Positions 8,055 through 20,471 of a stretch of DNA of 64,000 bases are shown here, piece by piece. Position 1 is the first letter of the stretch. Every line of letters begins with the position of its first letter. The stretch comes from Phenylobacterium sp. (GTDB taxonomy: Bacteria; Pseudomonadota; Alphaproteobacteria; Caulobacterales; Caulobacteraceae). Below the pieces are notes generated by a model, which searched no databases, had not been told where the DNA came from, and worked only from the letters and a program-made list of their open reading frames with translations. The stretch spans positions 23,531-87,530 of the forward strand of contig NZ_JAUYQL010000038.1 in assembly GCF_030697305.1 (NCBI RefSeq), given 5' to 3'. A program made the position numbers and the translations under genes.

Positions 8055-8831
8055 ATGGCAGGACGGCTGGACGGCAAGAAGGCGTTCATCTCCGGCGCCG
8101 CCCAGGGCCTGGGGGCGGCGATCGCCGAGCGGTTCGTTGAGGAAGGCGCGCAGGTCAGCCTGGCCGACCTGAACCACGCCGGCGCGCAGGCCCAGGCGGC
8201 GGCGATCAACGCGGCCCACGGCGAGGGCCGGGCCTTCGCCTTTCCCCTGGACGTCACCCGCGAGGACCAGTGGATCTTCGCGCTGGAAGAGGCCGACGAC
8301 GCCATGGGCGGGCTGTCGGTGCTGGTCAACAACGCCGGCATCATGCGTGGCGGCGACATCGAGAGCCTGTCGTTCGAGATCTGGAAACAGGTGATGGAGG
8401 TCAATGTCGACTCCGTCTTTCTAGGGTCGAAGCACGCGCTGAAGTACATGCGCCGGAGCCAGCCCGGCTCAATCATCAACCTGTCGTCGATCGCCGGCCT
8501 AGTCGCCGCGCACAATACGCCGGCCTACAACACGTCCAAGGCCGGGGTCTGGCTGTTGTCCAAGAGCATCGCCCTGCACTGCGCCAAGCAGGGGCTGGAT
8601 ATCCGCTCGAATTCGCTCCACCCGACCTATATCGACACGCCGATCCTCGACGACATCCGTGACCGCTTTGGCGCCGAGGAGGCCGAGGCGAAGCTGGCGC
8701 GCCAGGTGCCGCTGGGGCGGATCGGCGTACCGCGGGACGTCGCCGACGCGGCGGTCTACCTGGCGTCCGACGAGAGCCGGTTCATGACCGGCGCCGAACT
8801 CAAGCTGGACGGCGGCGTCTCGGCGATGTGA
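8055..8831 (+). CDS. Short-chain dehydrogenase/reductase (3-beta/17-beta-HSD-like)
   Basis: 'SGAAQGLG', 'NNAG', 'YNTSK', 'G.ELKLDGG'. Confidence 0.9.
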   Translation: MAGRLDGKKAFISGAAQGLGAAIAERFVEEGAQVSLADLNHAGAQAQAAAINAAHGEGRAFAFPLDVTREDQWIFALEEADDAMGGLSVLVNNAGIMRGGDIESLSFEIWKQVMEVNVDSVFLGSKHALKYMRRSQPGSIINLSSIAGLVAAHNTPAYNTSKAGVWLLSKSIALHCAKQGLDIRSNSLHPTYIDTPILDDIRDRFGAEEAEAKLARQVPLGRIGVPRDVADAAVYLASDESRFMTGAELKLDGGVSAM

Positions 8832-8866
8832 GGCGAGGCTTAAGGCCCGCGCCGAGTGACGACGCC

Positions 8867-9271
8867 CTAGTTGAGCAGGAGAGTTCCCAGCAGCAGGCGC
8901 GCACCTTTCTTGCCCAGCACGCGGTCGGTCTCGCGTTGCAGCTCACGGGCCAGGAAGTCGGCGTTGGGTGCAGAGGTCGGCGACAGGCCGGCGGCGTAGG
9001 TCTGGACGACCTGCACATAGGCCGCCCGAAGTCGCGGCAGGTTCAGCTCGGCGCGGTTGCGCAGCGCCCCGTCCGGCACATCGATGCCGGTTTCGACGGT
9101 GAACACCCCGCGCTTGCCGCTCGGGCGGATCGCCGTGGCGGTCAGGGACGAAATCTGGATGTAGGACTCGCCGCCGCCCTTCTTCTTCTCGGCCTTCTTC
9201 TCGCTCGCCGCGGCCATGCCCGGAACGGCGCTGAGCAGGGCGATGGCGGCCAGGATGTCGCGGCGGTTCAT
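8867..9271 (-). CDS. Exported FliL-like protein with twin-arginine-like signal
   Basis: N-terminus MNRRDILAA..; C-terminal pattern 'PRLRAAY...L..ELQR..DRVLG...ARLLL' resembles the FliL periplasmic domain. Confidence 0.5.
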   Translation of the reverse strand: MNRRDILAAIALLSAVPGMAAASEKKAEKKKGGGESYIQISSLTATAIRPSGKRGVFTVETGIDVPDGALRNRAELNLPRLRAAYVQVVQTYAAGLSPTSAPNADFLARELQRETDRVLGKKGARLLLGTLLLN

Positions 9272-9299
9272 GCCCGCTATGTGCGGCCGTCAGGGTTAG

Positions 9300-11544
<2,245 letters not shown>

Positions 11545-11551
11545 CGCTCCT

Positions 11552-11581
11552 TCCGCTCCATCCCGGCGAAAGCCGGACCCA
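11552..11581 (+). repeat. REP-like palindrome copy 1
   Basis: TCCGCTCCATCCCGGCGAAAGCCGGACCCA just after pseC stop; shares TCCGCTC..CCGGC-GAAA-GCCGG core with copies 2 and 3. Confidence 0.65.
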
Positions 11582-11610
11582 AGCTGGCTATCCACGCAGG
11601 AGACCACGCC

Positions 11611-12249
11611 ATGTACATCGCTGCGCCGTCCCGCGAGGAACGCCCAGAGATTCTGCGGGAGGCCATGCGCGACATGCAGTTCGCGGCCCTGGTGATCGCC
11701 GGAACCGATGGACTGACCGCGTCCCATATACCCCTGCTCGTGCGCCAGGCAGATGACGGCGGATTGTTGCTGGAAGGCCACGTGGCCCGACCCAACGACC
11801 TGTGGAGACAGGCGCTAAGCGGCCGCCCGGCGCTGGCCATCTTCCAGGGCCCGCAGGCCTACATCCATCCCGGTTGGTACCCCAGCAAGCAGGTCGACGG
11901 CCGCGCGGTGCCGACCTGGAATTACATCGCGGTGCACGCGCACGGCATGCTGGAAGCGGTAGAGGACGAGGCGTGGCTGCGTCGACACCTGGCCGAGCTC
12001 ACGGCGCGCAACGAAACTGACCGCGACGCCCCCTGGGCGATCACCGACGCCCCGGCGGACTACGTGGCTGGCATGCTGCGCGCGATCGTCGGTCTGCGGC
12101 TGTCGGTCGAGAGGATCGAAGGCGCCTGGAAGATGGCCCAGCGTCATCCGCCAGAGAATCGGCGAGGCGTGATCGAAGGCCTTTCGACGTCCTCCAACCC
12201 ACGCGACCACGAGGTCGCCGCGGTGATGCGCGCACTGGACGGCGGTTAG
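11611..12249 (+). CDS. paiB: PaiB-family FMN/heme-binding negative transcriptional regulator
   Basis: 'GHVARPN', 'FQGP.AYI.P.WY', 'VPTWNY.AVH', 'KM.Q'. Confidence 0.85.
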   Translation: MYIAAPSREERPEILREAMRDMQFAALVIAGTDGLTASHIPLLVRQADDGGLLLEGHVARPNDLWRQALSGRPALAIFQGPQAYIHPGWYPSKQVDGRAVPTWNYIAVHAHGMLEAVEDEAWLRRHLAELTARNETDRDAPWAITDAPADYVAGMLRAIVGLRLSVERIEGAWKMAQRHPPENRRGVIEGLSTSSNPRDHEVAAVMRALDGG

Positions 12250-12257
12250 GGTCGCGC

Positions 12258-13970
12258 TCAGGCGGCCAGACTGGCGGCCTGGATCATGTCGCGGACCTGG
12301 GCCATCTGCTCCGGTGATCGCGCGAGTTCGCCGCGGATGTCGTCCTGACGCAGCAGCTTCATCGCCTCGACACGGGCGCGGTCAGCGGCCGGACCCAGCG
12401 GCGCGGCTTCGCCGGCGGCCAGCCGCAACAGCAGTGAAATGCGATGCAGGGCCGGCGCCTGGGCCTTGGCCACCGCGGCGACCAGCTTGGCGTCCGCCTC
12501 GACCAGCCCACCCAATTCGCCGAGCTTGACCTGGATCGGCTCGAAGTCCTCCAACACGAGACCCGAACGCGCCACGGAACGCTGCAGGTCCGCAAGGTTG
12601 GCCAAGCGGGTCGCCGGGCTGTCCGGGCTGTTGCGGACGTCCTTCTCGAAGCGCAGGGCGGAGATCAGGGCGGCGAGCCAGCGTCCGGCCTGGCGCTTGT
12701 TGGCCGAGCCGATGACGTTCTCCACCAGCCAGATCAGCGCCCCCGCCTCGGCGCGCGCCGAACGGTCCTCGCCCAGGAACGCATCGACGAAATCGCCGGT
12801 GACCAGGGTCTTGGAGCGGGCGGCGAAGGCCGACTGGACGTCGTCGACCGGCAGCATGTCGCCGGCCGCCGCGGTCAGCGCCATGGCCAGACCGCGCAAG
12901 ATGTCGATCTCGCCTTCGGCGTCGGAGGGACGCAGGCGGCGTGGGCCCATCAGCTCTCGCAGGACGCGCCGCGCGATGGCGGTGCGCACGGCCGCGAAGT
13001 CCTCCGCGGCCAGGCAGCGGCCCAGGCGCTCGGCCGCTGGCGACAGCTTGGGCATCACCTTGGCGACCGAAGGCTCGACGGCGATCAACGCGTCCACGGC
13101 GTCGGCGGCGGCCAGGCGGGTCATCGCCGCGAGCGTACCCCCCAGGTCAAGATCATGGCCGAGAATGTCGTCCAGTCCCACCTTGGAGCCGAGGATCTCG
13201 GCCAGCAGTTGTTCGATGGTCGACAGCGCCAGCGCCCTGGGCGGACCAGCGGCGGGCGCGACGTCCACCAGATCCAGCAGCCGCGTGACCTTCTCGGTCC
13301 AGGTGCGGGCCGACGCCAGCGAGGCCGCGACGCCGGCGCCCAGCAGATAACCGCGCTCCGGCTCGCGCATCAGGCGCTCGGCGGCGACGGCGAAGCCTTC
13401 CTTCTCGATGTTCGGCAGCAGGCCTTGGCGGTTGTCCTTGAGCAGCCGCTCGATGGCGCGCTCTACCAGCTTCTGGAAGCTGCGGATCAGTTCGTGGACC
13501 GAGATGCCGCGATCCTGGGCCTCGGGAATCGCGATCTTCTGCAGGGCGTGCTGCAGGTCGGTGCCGGACGCCTCCAGCTTCTCGACCAGATCGGGACGGT
13601 GAAGCAGCTCGAACGGCGTGGCCCGGTTGCGCTCCAGCCAAGCATCCAGCAGCCGGCCGATGCGGTCACGCGCATGGGCCGAGTAGAGATCCTGCGGGGT
13701 GACGCACAGCGGCTCGAGATCCTCGCGGACCTTCTTGGCCTTCGGCTGGTCGGGATCGCCCAGCGCCAGGATCGACACGCTTCGGAATTCGCGGGTCTCG
13801 GGATCGAGGGTTTCCTTGGTGACCTTTACCGCGATGGCGCGGCCCTCGGCCATCGTCTCCTGAGCCGCGCTGACCGCCTGCGCGCGGTCTTCGGTCGCCA
13901 GCTCCAGCGACCAGCCCGAGCCCGGCTTGCGCCGGACGCAGACCTCGAAGTGCACCTGCGCGCCGTCCAT
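12258..13970 (-). CDS. Conserved hypothetical all-alpha protein (570 aa), divergent from chvI
   Basis: Long ORF with typical GC3 bias and GGAG RBS; no recognisable catalytic motif. Confidence 0.75.
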   Translation of the reverse strand: MDGAQVHFEVCVRRKPGSGWSLELATEDRAQAVSAAQETMAEGRAIAVKVTKETLDPETREFRSVSILALGDPDQPKAKKVREDLEPLCVTPQDLYSAHARDRIGRLLDAWLERNRATPFELLHRPDLVEKLEASGTDLQHALQKIAIPEAQDRGISVHELIRSFQKLVERAIERLLKDNRQGLLPNIEKEGFAVAAERLMREPERGYLLGAGVAASLASARTWTEKVTRLLDLVDVAPAAGPPRALALSTIEQLLAEILGSKVGLDDILGHDLDLGGTLAAMTRLAAADAVDALIAVEPSVAKVMPKLSPAAERLGRCLAAEDFAAVRTAIARRVLRELMGPRRLRPSDAEGEIDILRGLAMALTAAAGDMLPVDDVQSAFAARSKTLVTGDFVDAFLGEDRSARAEAGALIWLVENVIGSANKRQAGRWLAALISALRFEKDVRNSPDSPATRLANLADLQRSVARSGLVLEDFEPIQVKLGELGGLVEADAKLVAAVAKAQAPALHRISLLLRLAAGEAAPLGPAADRARVEAMKLLRQDDIRGELARSPEQMAQVRDMIQAASLAA

Positions 13971-14104
13971 GAGAGACTCTCCCTGCGGTGCGAAAGTCGC
14001 CGAACAAGCTTAATGCTGCGTCACCGCTTGCAAATGCGGCGCCCCATTGAGGTCACTGTGTCGGCCGACTAGCTTCCAGCCTCGCAAGGAGACGCGAACT
14101 TCAG

Positions 14105-14809
14105 ATGGCCAAGATCACGCTCGTCGACGACGACGAGAACATTGTCACCTCGGTGGGCCTCGCCCTCGAGAGCCACGGTCATACGGTGAAGTCGTACTAC
14201 GACGGCGCCGCCGGCCTGGCCGCGCTCGAGAACGATCCGCCGGACCTGGCCATCCTCGACGTGAAGATGCCGCGCATGGACGGCATGGAAGTGCTGCGTC
14301 GCCTGCGCCGCACCACCGACCTGCCGGTGATCATCCTGACGTCGAAGGACGAGGAGATCGACGAGATCCTCGGCTTCAACCTGGGCGCCGACGACTACAT
14401 CCACAAGCCGTTCAGCCAGCGCCTGCTGATCGAGCGGGTGAAGGCGCTGCTGCGGCGCGCCGGCGCCGACGGCGAGGAGCCGGCGCCGATCGCCGGCGAC
14501 GCCACGCGGGCGATCAAGCGCGGCAAGCTGACGCTCGATCCGGCGCGTCACGACTGCCTGTGGGACGGCCGTCCGGTGAAGCTGACGGTGACCGAGTTCC
14601 TGCTGCTGCAATCGCTGGCCCAGCGGCCCGGGTTCGTGAAGAGCCGCGACAACCTGATGGACGCCGCCTACGAGGATCAGGTCTATGTCGACGACCGCAC
14701 CATCGACAGCCACATCAAGCGGATGCGGAAGAAATTCCGCGATGTCGACCCTGAGTTCGACGCGATAGAGACCCTGTATGGCGTCGGCTACCGTTACCGC
14801 GAAGTCTGA
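14105..14809 (+). CDS. chvI: OmpR-family response regulator ChvI
   Basis: 'LVDDD.NI..S', '[10 protein letters not shown]', '[17 protein letters not shown]', 'IETLYGVGY'. Confidence 0.95.
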   Translation: MAKITLVDDDENIVTSVGLALESHGHTVKSYYDGAAGLAALENDPPDLAILDVKMPRMDGMEVLRRLRRTTDLPVIILTSKDEEIDEILGFNLGADDYIHKPFSQRLLIERVKALLRRAGADGEEPAPIAGDATRAIKRGKLTLDPARHDCLWDGRPVKLTVTEFLLLQSLAQRPGFVKSRDNLMDAAYEDQVYVDDRTIDSHIKRMRKKFRDVDPEFDAIETLYGVGYRYREV

Positions 14810-16376
14810 ACCCGACCGCAGGCGGTCGCGCGGGTCCTGGCTGCCGGGCACCCGGCTCGGCCGGCTGATCATCGCGCTCAACCTGCTGGGACTGGTGATC
14901 CTGATCGGCGGGGCGCTGGTGCTGAACGAACTGCGGCGAGGCCTGGTCGGCGCGCGCATCGACAGCCTGACCACGCAGGGTGAGCTTATCGCCACCATCA
15001 TCGACCGCGCGGCGACCATCGGCGAACCCGAACCGTCAATGGACGGCCAATACGCCGCCGAGATCCTGCAGATGCTGTCCAACCCGCGCTCGCAACGGGC
15101 GCGACTGTTTGACGCCGAGGGGCGGCTGATCGCCGACTCCGACTGGGTGGCCGACCGGGTGGAATGGAAAACGCTTCCCCCCGCGCGCCAGCGCGTCGAC
15201 CCCGGGACCTTCTCCCTGGATCTGCAGGGGCGCGGACCCGCGGCGCCGATGGCGAGCGGGGAGGCGGGCCTCGCCCGCGAAGTCGCCAAGGCTCTGAAGG
15301 GCGACCATCAGGCCGGCATGCGGGTCGGCGACCACGGCGCGCGCGTCGTCTCGGTGTCGATCCCCATCCAGCACGTCCAGGCGGTGCTGGGGGTGCTGAC
15401 CCTGGAAGCCAGCGACGTCGACGAAATCATCGCCCGCGAACGGGCCGCGCTGATCCCCTTCGCGCTGATCGCCGTCAGCGTGACGCTGATCTCCTCGCTG
15501 TTGCTCAACCGATTGATCGCCCAGCCGGTGCGCAGGCTGGCGCGCGCCGCCGACAGCGTGCGGCTGTCGCGGGCCAGGGCCATCTCCCTGCCCGACCTCG
15601 CCAAGCGGGACGACGAGCTCGGCGACCTGACCCGCTCGCTGGAGGACATGACCCACGCCCTTTCCGAGCGCATGGACGCGATCGAGAGCTTCGCCGCCGA
15701 CGTGGCGCACGAGATCCGCAATCCGCTGACCTCGATCCGCTCGGCGCTGGAGACCCTGGACCTGGTCACCGATCCGGCCGCGCGCGAGCGCCTGACCCGC
15801 ATCCTGCATCAGGACATCCAGCGGCTGGACCGGTTGATCACCGACATCTCCAACGCCTCGCGCCTGGACGCCGAGTTGTCGCGGGAATCACCGCGCCCGC
15901 TGGACGTCGGCCGGCTGCTGTCGGACGTCGCCGGCCTGTACCAAGAGACCGCCAAGCCCGGCGACATCGACGTGCGCTTCGTCCCCGCCGATACGCTGGA
16001 GCCCATCCGGGTTTCGGGCCGCGAGGGTCCGGTGGGTCAGGTGTTCCGCAACCTGATCGACAACGCGCGCTCGTTCAGCAGACCAGGCGGCGAGGTGCGG
16101 GTCGGTCTGCAGTCGTCGCGCGGACAGGCCGTGGTGACCATTGACGACGACGGCCCCGGCATTCCCGAGGAGAACCTGGAAACGGTGTTCCAGCGTTTCT
16201 ACACCTCCAGGCCGAAGGGCGCGGCGTTCGGCGGCAACTCAGGTCTCGGCCTGTCGATCGCCCGCCAGATCACCGAGGCGCATGGCGGCGTCATCCGCGC
16301 CGAGAACCGGGCGGGACCGGACGGCGAGGTCGCCGGCGCGCGCTTCGTGGTCTCGCTGCCGCAAGCCCGGTCGTGA
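14778..16376 (+). CDS. chvG: Sensor histidine kinase ChvG/ExoS
   Basis: Two TM segments, HAMP, '[13 protein letters not shown]', '[16 protein letters not shown]'; adjacent to chvI. Confidence 0.93.
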   Translation: MASATVTAKSEPDRRRSRGSWLPGTRLGRLIIALNLLGLVILIGGALVLNELRRGLVGARIDSLTTQGELIATIIDRAATIGEPEPSMDGQYAAEILQMLSNPRSQRARLFDAEGRLIADSDWVADRVEWKTLPPARQRVDPGTFSLDLQGRGPAAPMASGEAGLAREVAKALKGDHQAGMRVGDHGARVVSVSIPIQHVQAVLGVLTLEASDVDEIIARERAALIPFALIAVSVTLISSLLLNRLIAQPVRRLARAADSVRLSRARAISLPDLAKRDDELGDLTRSLEDMTHALSERMDAIESFAADVAHEIRNPLTSIRSALETLDLVTDPAARERLTRILHQDIQRLDRLITDISNASRLDAELSRESPRPLDVGRLLSDVAGLYQETAKPGDIDVRFVPADTLEPIRVSGREGPVGQVFRNLIDNARSFSRPGGEVRVGLQSSRGQAVVTIDDDGPGIPEENLETVFQRFYTSRPKGAAFGGNSGLGLSIARQITEAHGGVIRAENRAGPDGEVAGARFVVSLPQARS

Positions 16377-16798
16377 TCGTCCACGGCGGTCTGATCGCGG
16401 CCAGGATCGGCGGCGCCTGGCGCGGCGCGCTGATCGAAGGCGCATCCGGCGACGGCAAGAGCGACCTGGCCTTACGGGCGATCGACGCTGGGTTCCGCCT
16501 CTGCGCCGACGACCGGGTCGAGCTCTGGGCGTCGGGAGCCAGGCTCTACGGCTGCGCGCCGCCCAGTCTGCAAGGCCTGATAGAGGCGAGGGGTCTCGAC
16601 GTGGTGCGCCTGCCCGCCCTGGCGTTTTGCGAGGTCGCACTGGTCGTTCAGTTCGGAACGCCGGAGCGATTGCCCGAACCGCGCTGGGTGGAGCGCGAGG
16701 GCCTTCAGATACCGGCGTTCCTGTTGGCGCCCTACGAGGCGTCCGCACCGCTCAAACTGCGCCTCGCCCTGGAGCATACGCAGACGCGGCGCCCTTGA
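16373..16798 (+). CDS. hprK: HPr kinase/phosphorylase (short alphaproteobacterial type)
   Basis: Walker A 'GASGDGKS', 'ADD', 'GLIEARG'. Confidence 0.88.
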   Translation: MIVHGGLIAARIGGAWRGALIEGASGDGKSDLALRAIDAGFRLCADDRVELWASGARLYGCAPPSLQGLIEARGLDVVRLPALAFCEVALVVQFGTPERLPEPRWVEREGLQIPAFLLAPYEASAPLKLRLALEHTQTRRP

Positions 16799-17156
16799 TC
16801 ATGTGTCGCCTGAGTTGATTGCTCGGCGCGGGATGAAATTCAGGGTTGAGGTCGTTTGACTCTGTGGATCAGGGCGGCGATGGACAGGCGCAATTCCCCT
16901 TGCCTTCGTGTGGTGTTGGGGGCCTGTGGCTTTCCGGCGCGCCCCCCTACCGCGTCAGTAGAGTGTTATCCATGTTGTCTCAGAGTGGGGGCGAATTCTT
17001 CGGGCTTCCCCTGTGCGACGCGATGCGGGCGGGGCGCACGCAGAGTCAGGGCCAAGACCGCATGTGGCGTCGAAAATGGCGAATGACGACTCAAGGCAGC
17101 TCTTTCCTCCGACGCCGCACTGCTCGGTCGGGGACGGCGGACGTGAGCCTCGCGGG

Positions 17157-17561
17157 ATGATCGGCCTGGTCATCGTCACCCACGGGCGCCTGGCGGAGGA
17201 ATTCATCTTCGCCATGGAACATGTCGTGGGCCCCCAAGCCGCCGTGGAGGCGATCTGCATCGGGCCTGAGGACGACATGGAACGGCGCCGTCAGGACATC
17301 CTGGAGGCCTGCAGCCGGGTCGACGGCGGCGGCGGGGTGATCCTGCTCACAGACATGTTCGGCGGCACGCCGTCGAACCTGGCCATCTCGGTCATGGAAC
17401 AGACCAAGGCGGAGGTCATCGCCGGCCTGAATCTTCCGATGTTGATAAAATTGGCCAGCGTGCGCAATCGCCAGCCGCTCGAAGATTGCGTAGCGTGTGC
17501 GCAGGAGGCGGGACGCAAGTACATCTCGGTCGCCTCGTACGTGCTCGCCGGAGAGAAATGA
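17157..17561 (+). CDS. manX: PTS EIIA mannose/fructose-type component
   Basis: 'MIGLVIVTHG.LA', 'TDMFGGTPSN', 'G.NLPML'. Confidence 0.9.
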   Translation: MIGLVIVTHGRLAEEFIFAMEHVVGPQAAVEAICIGPEDDMERRRQDILEACSRVDGGGGVILLTDMFGGTPSNLAISVMEQTKAEVIAGLNLPMLIKLASVRNRQPLEDCVACAQEAGRKYISVASYVLAGEK

Positions 17562-17836
17562 GCGAAAGCGTCGTCAGGGAGGTCGAGATCGTCAATGAGC
17601 GGGGGCTGCACGCCCGCGCCTCGGCGAAGTTCGTCCGCACCGCCGCCGGTTTCGACGCCGAAGTCACGGTCTCCAAGGACGGCCAGGCCGCTGACGCCCG
17701 CTCGATCATGGGCTTGATGATGCTGGCCGCCGGACCTGGCTGCTGCATCCTCATCGAGGCGCGCGGCGCCGAAGCCGACGCCGCCGTGGCGGCGCTGGCG
17801 GCCCTAGTCGCCGACCGCTTCGACGAGGACCGCTGA
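17558..17836 (+). CDS. ptsH: Phosphocarrier protein HPr/NPr
   Basis: '[13 protein letters not shown]', '[10 protein letters not shown]'. Confidence 0.92.
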   Translation: MSESVVREVEIVNERGLHARASAKFVRTAAGFDAEVTVSKDGQAADARSIMGLMMLAAGPGCCILIEARGAEADAAVAALAALVADRFDEDR

Positions 17837-18814
17837 GGCCGCGCCCATCGGCCTCATCCCGAGATCGGCCAGCAGCGCCGCATCGGTGTCGCGGTCGGGG
17901 TTGGCCGTGGTCAGCAGCTTGCCGCCGATGAAGATCGAATTCGCTCCGGCCAGGAAGCACAGCGCCTGCAGCTCGCGGCTCATGTGTTCGCGCCCGGCCG
18001 ACAGGCGCACCACGGCCTTCGGGCAGACCAGGCGGGCGACCGCCACCATCCGCACGAACTCCAGGCCGTCCACGGGATCGCTTCCCCCCAGCGGGGTGCC
18101 GGTGGTCGGCATCAGGTCGTTCACCGGCAGGCTGTCCGGATGCTTGGGCAGGGTCGCCAGGGCCTGCAGCAGGCCGGCGCGGTCGTGGCGCGTCTCGCCC
18201 ATGCCGACGATGCCGCCGCAGCAGGTGTTGAGCCCCGCGTCGCGCACGTGCGCCAGCGTATCCAGACGGTCCTGATAGGTCCGCGTGCTGACCACGCTCG
18301 GGTAGTACTCAGGGCCGGTGTCGAGGTTGTGGTTGTAGTAGTCGAGGCCGGCGTCCTTGAGCGCCTTGGCCTGCGGGCCGGTCATCATCCCCAGCGTGGC
18401 GCAGGTCTCCAGACCCAACGCCTTCACCCCGGAGATCATCGCGCAGACCTTCGGCAGGTCGCGATCCTTGATGTCGCGCCAGGCCGCGCCCATGCAGAAA
18501 CGCTGCGCCCCGCCGGCCTTGGCCTCCATCGCCGCGGCGATCACCGCGGTCGTATCCATCAGCTTGGTCGCCGTAAGGCCGGTATCGAAGCTCGCCGACT
18601 GGCTGCAGTAGCCGCAGTTCTCCGCGCAGCCGCCGGTCTTGATCGAGAGGAGCTGGGAAAGCTGCAGCTCCGTGGGATCGAACCAGCGCCGATGCACCTC
18701 GGCCGCTCGGAACACGAGCTCGGTGAACGGCAGCTCGAACAGCGCCTCGATCTCGGCCACGGTCCAGTCGTGGCGGGGTTCGGCGGCGTCGACCATGCGG
18801 GTGTGGGCGTTCAT
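17804..18814 (-). CDS. bioB: Biotin synthase (radical SAM)
   Basis: '[13 protein letters not shown]' CxxxCxxC, 'YNHNLDT', 'NSIFIG.KLLT'; 33-bp convergent overlap with HPr. Confidence 0.95.
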   Translation of the reverse strand: MNAHTRMVDAAEPRHDWTVAEIEALFELPFTELVFRAAEVHRRWFDPTELQLSQLLSIKTGGCAENCGYCSQSASFDTGLTATKLMDTTAVIAAAMEAKAGGAQRFCMGAAWRDIKDRDLPKVCAMISGVKALGLETCATLGMMTGPQAKALKDAGLDYYNHNLDTGPEYYPSVVSTRTYQDRLDTLAHVRDAGLNTCCGGIVGMGETRHDRAGLLQALATLPKHPDSLPVNDLMPTTGTPLGGSDPVDGLEFVRMVAVARLVCPKAVVRLSAGREHMSRELQALCFLAGANSIFIGGKLLTTANPDRDTDAALLADLGMRPMGAASAVLVEAVGD

Positions 18815-18942
18815 GACGGCTCCTTGCGCTCAAGCGCGATTACACCGGCGGAGCGCCTGCACGCAATGCGTCGCGCCGCACGCGGGCGTCGGGCCGCCGC
18901 CGAGGACGCCTTTTTCAGGCGCAGGACGGCGTCAACCTAATC

Positions 18943-18962
18943 ATATAAGGATTTCTTTATAT
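18943..18962. promoter_or_regulatory. Probable SahR operator upstream of ahcY
   Basis: AT-rich 20-bp near-palindrome ATATAAGGATTTCTTTATAT (16/20 self-complementary) just upstream of TTGCCC-N17-TATAGA (18969-18997). Confidence 0.7.
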
Positions 18963-19032
18963 GTTTCCTTGCCCATGGCGGCCGGGCTGGCTATAGAGCC
19001 GGCCACCAGACATTCGCCGACAAGGACCCGTC

Positions 19033-20424
19033 ATGACCGACTACGTCGTCAAGGACATCGCCCTGGCCGATTGGGGCCAGAAGGAAATCGCCATCGCCGA
19101 GACGGAGATGCCCGGCCTGATGGCGGTGCGCGCCGAGTTCGGCAAGGACAAGCCGCTGAAGGGCGCCCGCATCGCCGGCTCCCTGCACATGACCATCCAG
19201 ACCGCAGTGCTGATCCAGACGCTGGAGGCGCTCGGCGCCGAGGTGCGCTGGGCCTCCTGCAACATCTTCTCGACCCAGGACCACGCCGCCGCCGCCATCG
19301 CCGCCGCCGGCACGCCGGTGTTCGCGATCAAGGGCGAGAACCTGATCGAGTACTGGGAGTACGCCCACAAGATCTTCGAATGGTCCGACGGCGGCTATCC
19401 CAACATGATCCTCGACGACGGCGGCGACGCGACGCTGCTGTGCGTGCTCGGACCCAAGGCCGAGAAGGACGCGAGCCTCCTCAGCAAGCCGACCAACGAG
19501 GAGGAAGAGGCGCTCTACACGGTGATGAAGCGCTATCTGAAAGAGAAGCCCGGCTTCTACAGCGCCATCCGCGACTCGATCAAAGGCGTCTCGGAAGAGA
19601 CCACGACCGGCGTCCATCGCCTGTACCAGATGGCGGAACGCGGCGAGCTGCCGTTCCCCGCGATCAACGTCAACGACAGCGTCACCAAGTCCAAGTTCGA
19701 CAATCTCTACGGCTGCCGTGAGAGCCTGGTCGACGCCATCCGCCGCGGCACCGACGTGATGCTGGCCGGCAAGGTGGCGGTGGTGCTGGGCTATGGCGAC
19801 GTGGGCAAGGGCTCGGCGGCGTCCCTGCGCAACGGCGGCGCGCGCGTCGTGGTCACCGAGATCGACCCGATCTGCGCCCTGCAAGCGGCCATGGAAGGCT
19901 ATGAAGTCCAGACCATGGAAGACGTCGCCGACAAGGCCGACATATTCGTCACCGCGACCGGCAACAAGGATGTGCTGACCGTCGAGCACATGCGGCGCAT
20001 GAAGAACAACGCCATCGTCGCCAACATCGGCCACTTCGATTCCGAGATCCAGGTCGCCGGCCTGAAGAACTTCAAGTGGGACAAGATCAAGGATCAGGTC
20101 CACCACGTCGAATTCCCGGACGGCAAGAAGATCATCCTGCTGTCTGAAGGCCGCCTGGTGAACCTGGGCAACGCCACCGGCCACCCGAGCTTCGTGATGA
20201 GCGCCTCGTTCACCAACCAGACGCTGGCGCAGATCGAGCTGTGGGCCAACGGCAAGAACTACGAGACCAAGGTCTACACCCTGCCCAAGCACCTCGACGA
20301 GAAGGTGGCGATGCTGCACCTCGACAAGCTGGGCGCGAAGCTGACCACCCTGTCAAAGGACCAGGCCGACTACATCGGCGTGACCCCGCAGGGCCCGTTC
20401 AAGCCGGACCACTACCGCTACTGA
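19033..20424 (+). CDS. ahcY: S-adenosyl-L-homocysteine hydrolase
   Basis: 'GSLHMTIQT', '[12 protein letters not shown]', 'EETTTGV', 'KSKFDN.YGC', C-terminal 'KPDHYRY'. Confidence 0.97.
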   Translation: MTDYVVKDIALADWGQKEIAIAETEMPGLMAVRAEFGKDKPLKGARIAGSLHMTIQTAVLIQTLEALGAEVRWASCNIFSTQDHAAAAIAAAGTPVFAIKGENLIEYWEYAHKIFEWSDGGYPNMILDDGGDATLLCVLGPKAEKDASLLSKPTNEEEEALYTVMKRYLKEKPGFYSAIRDSIKGVSEETTTGVHRLYQMAERGELPFPAINVNDSVTKSKFDNLYGCRESLVDAIRRGTDVMLAGKVAVVLGYGDVGKGSAASLRNGGARVVVTEIDPICALQAAMEGYEVQTMEDVADKADIFVTATGNKDVLTVEHMRRMKNNAIVANIGHFDSEIQVAGLKNFKWDKIKDQVHHVEFPDGKKIILLSEGRLVNLGNATGHPSFVMSASFTNQTLAQIELWANGKNYETKVYTLPKHLDEKVAMLHLDKLGAKLTTLSKDQADYIGVTPQGPFKPDHYRY

Positions 20425-20430
20425 TCCTAC

Positions 20431-20464
20431 TCCGCTCACCCTGGCGAAAGCCCGGGTGAGCGGA
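20431..20464. terminator. REP-like palindrome copy 2 / bidirectional hairpin between ahcY and crotonase genes
   Basis: TCCGCTCACCC-TGGCGAAAGCCC-GGGTGAGCGGA, 11-bp perfect outer stem plus GGC-GAAA-GCC. Confidence 0.7.
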
Positions 20465-20471
20465 AGGGATA

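Noticed and set aside
16966-16974. DnaA-box-like TTATCCATG / possible origin
   Set aside because: Single imperfect box; no cluster, and no hemE or CtrA-site context typical of the Caulobacter origin.
16846-17160. 104-aa ORF or rapZ remnant between hprK and EIIA
   Set aside because: No Walker A or RapZ motifs, no RBS, atypical codon usage.
18815-19032. SAH/SAM riboswitch or BirA/BioR box
   Set aside because: Leader after the predicted promoter is only about 30 nt; no riboswitch core seen; GTCAACC has no matching second BirA arm and TTATMKATAA is absent.
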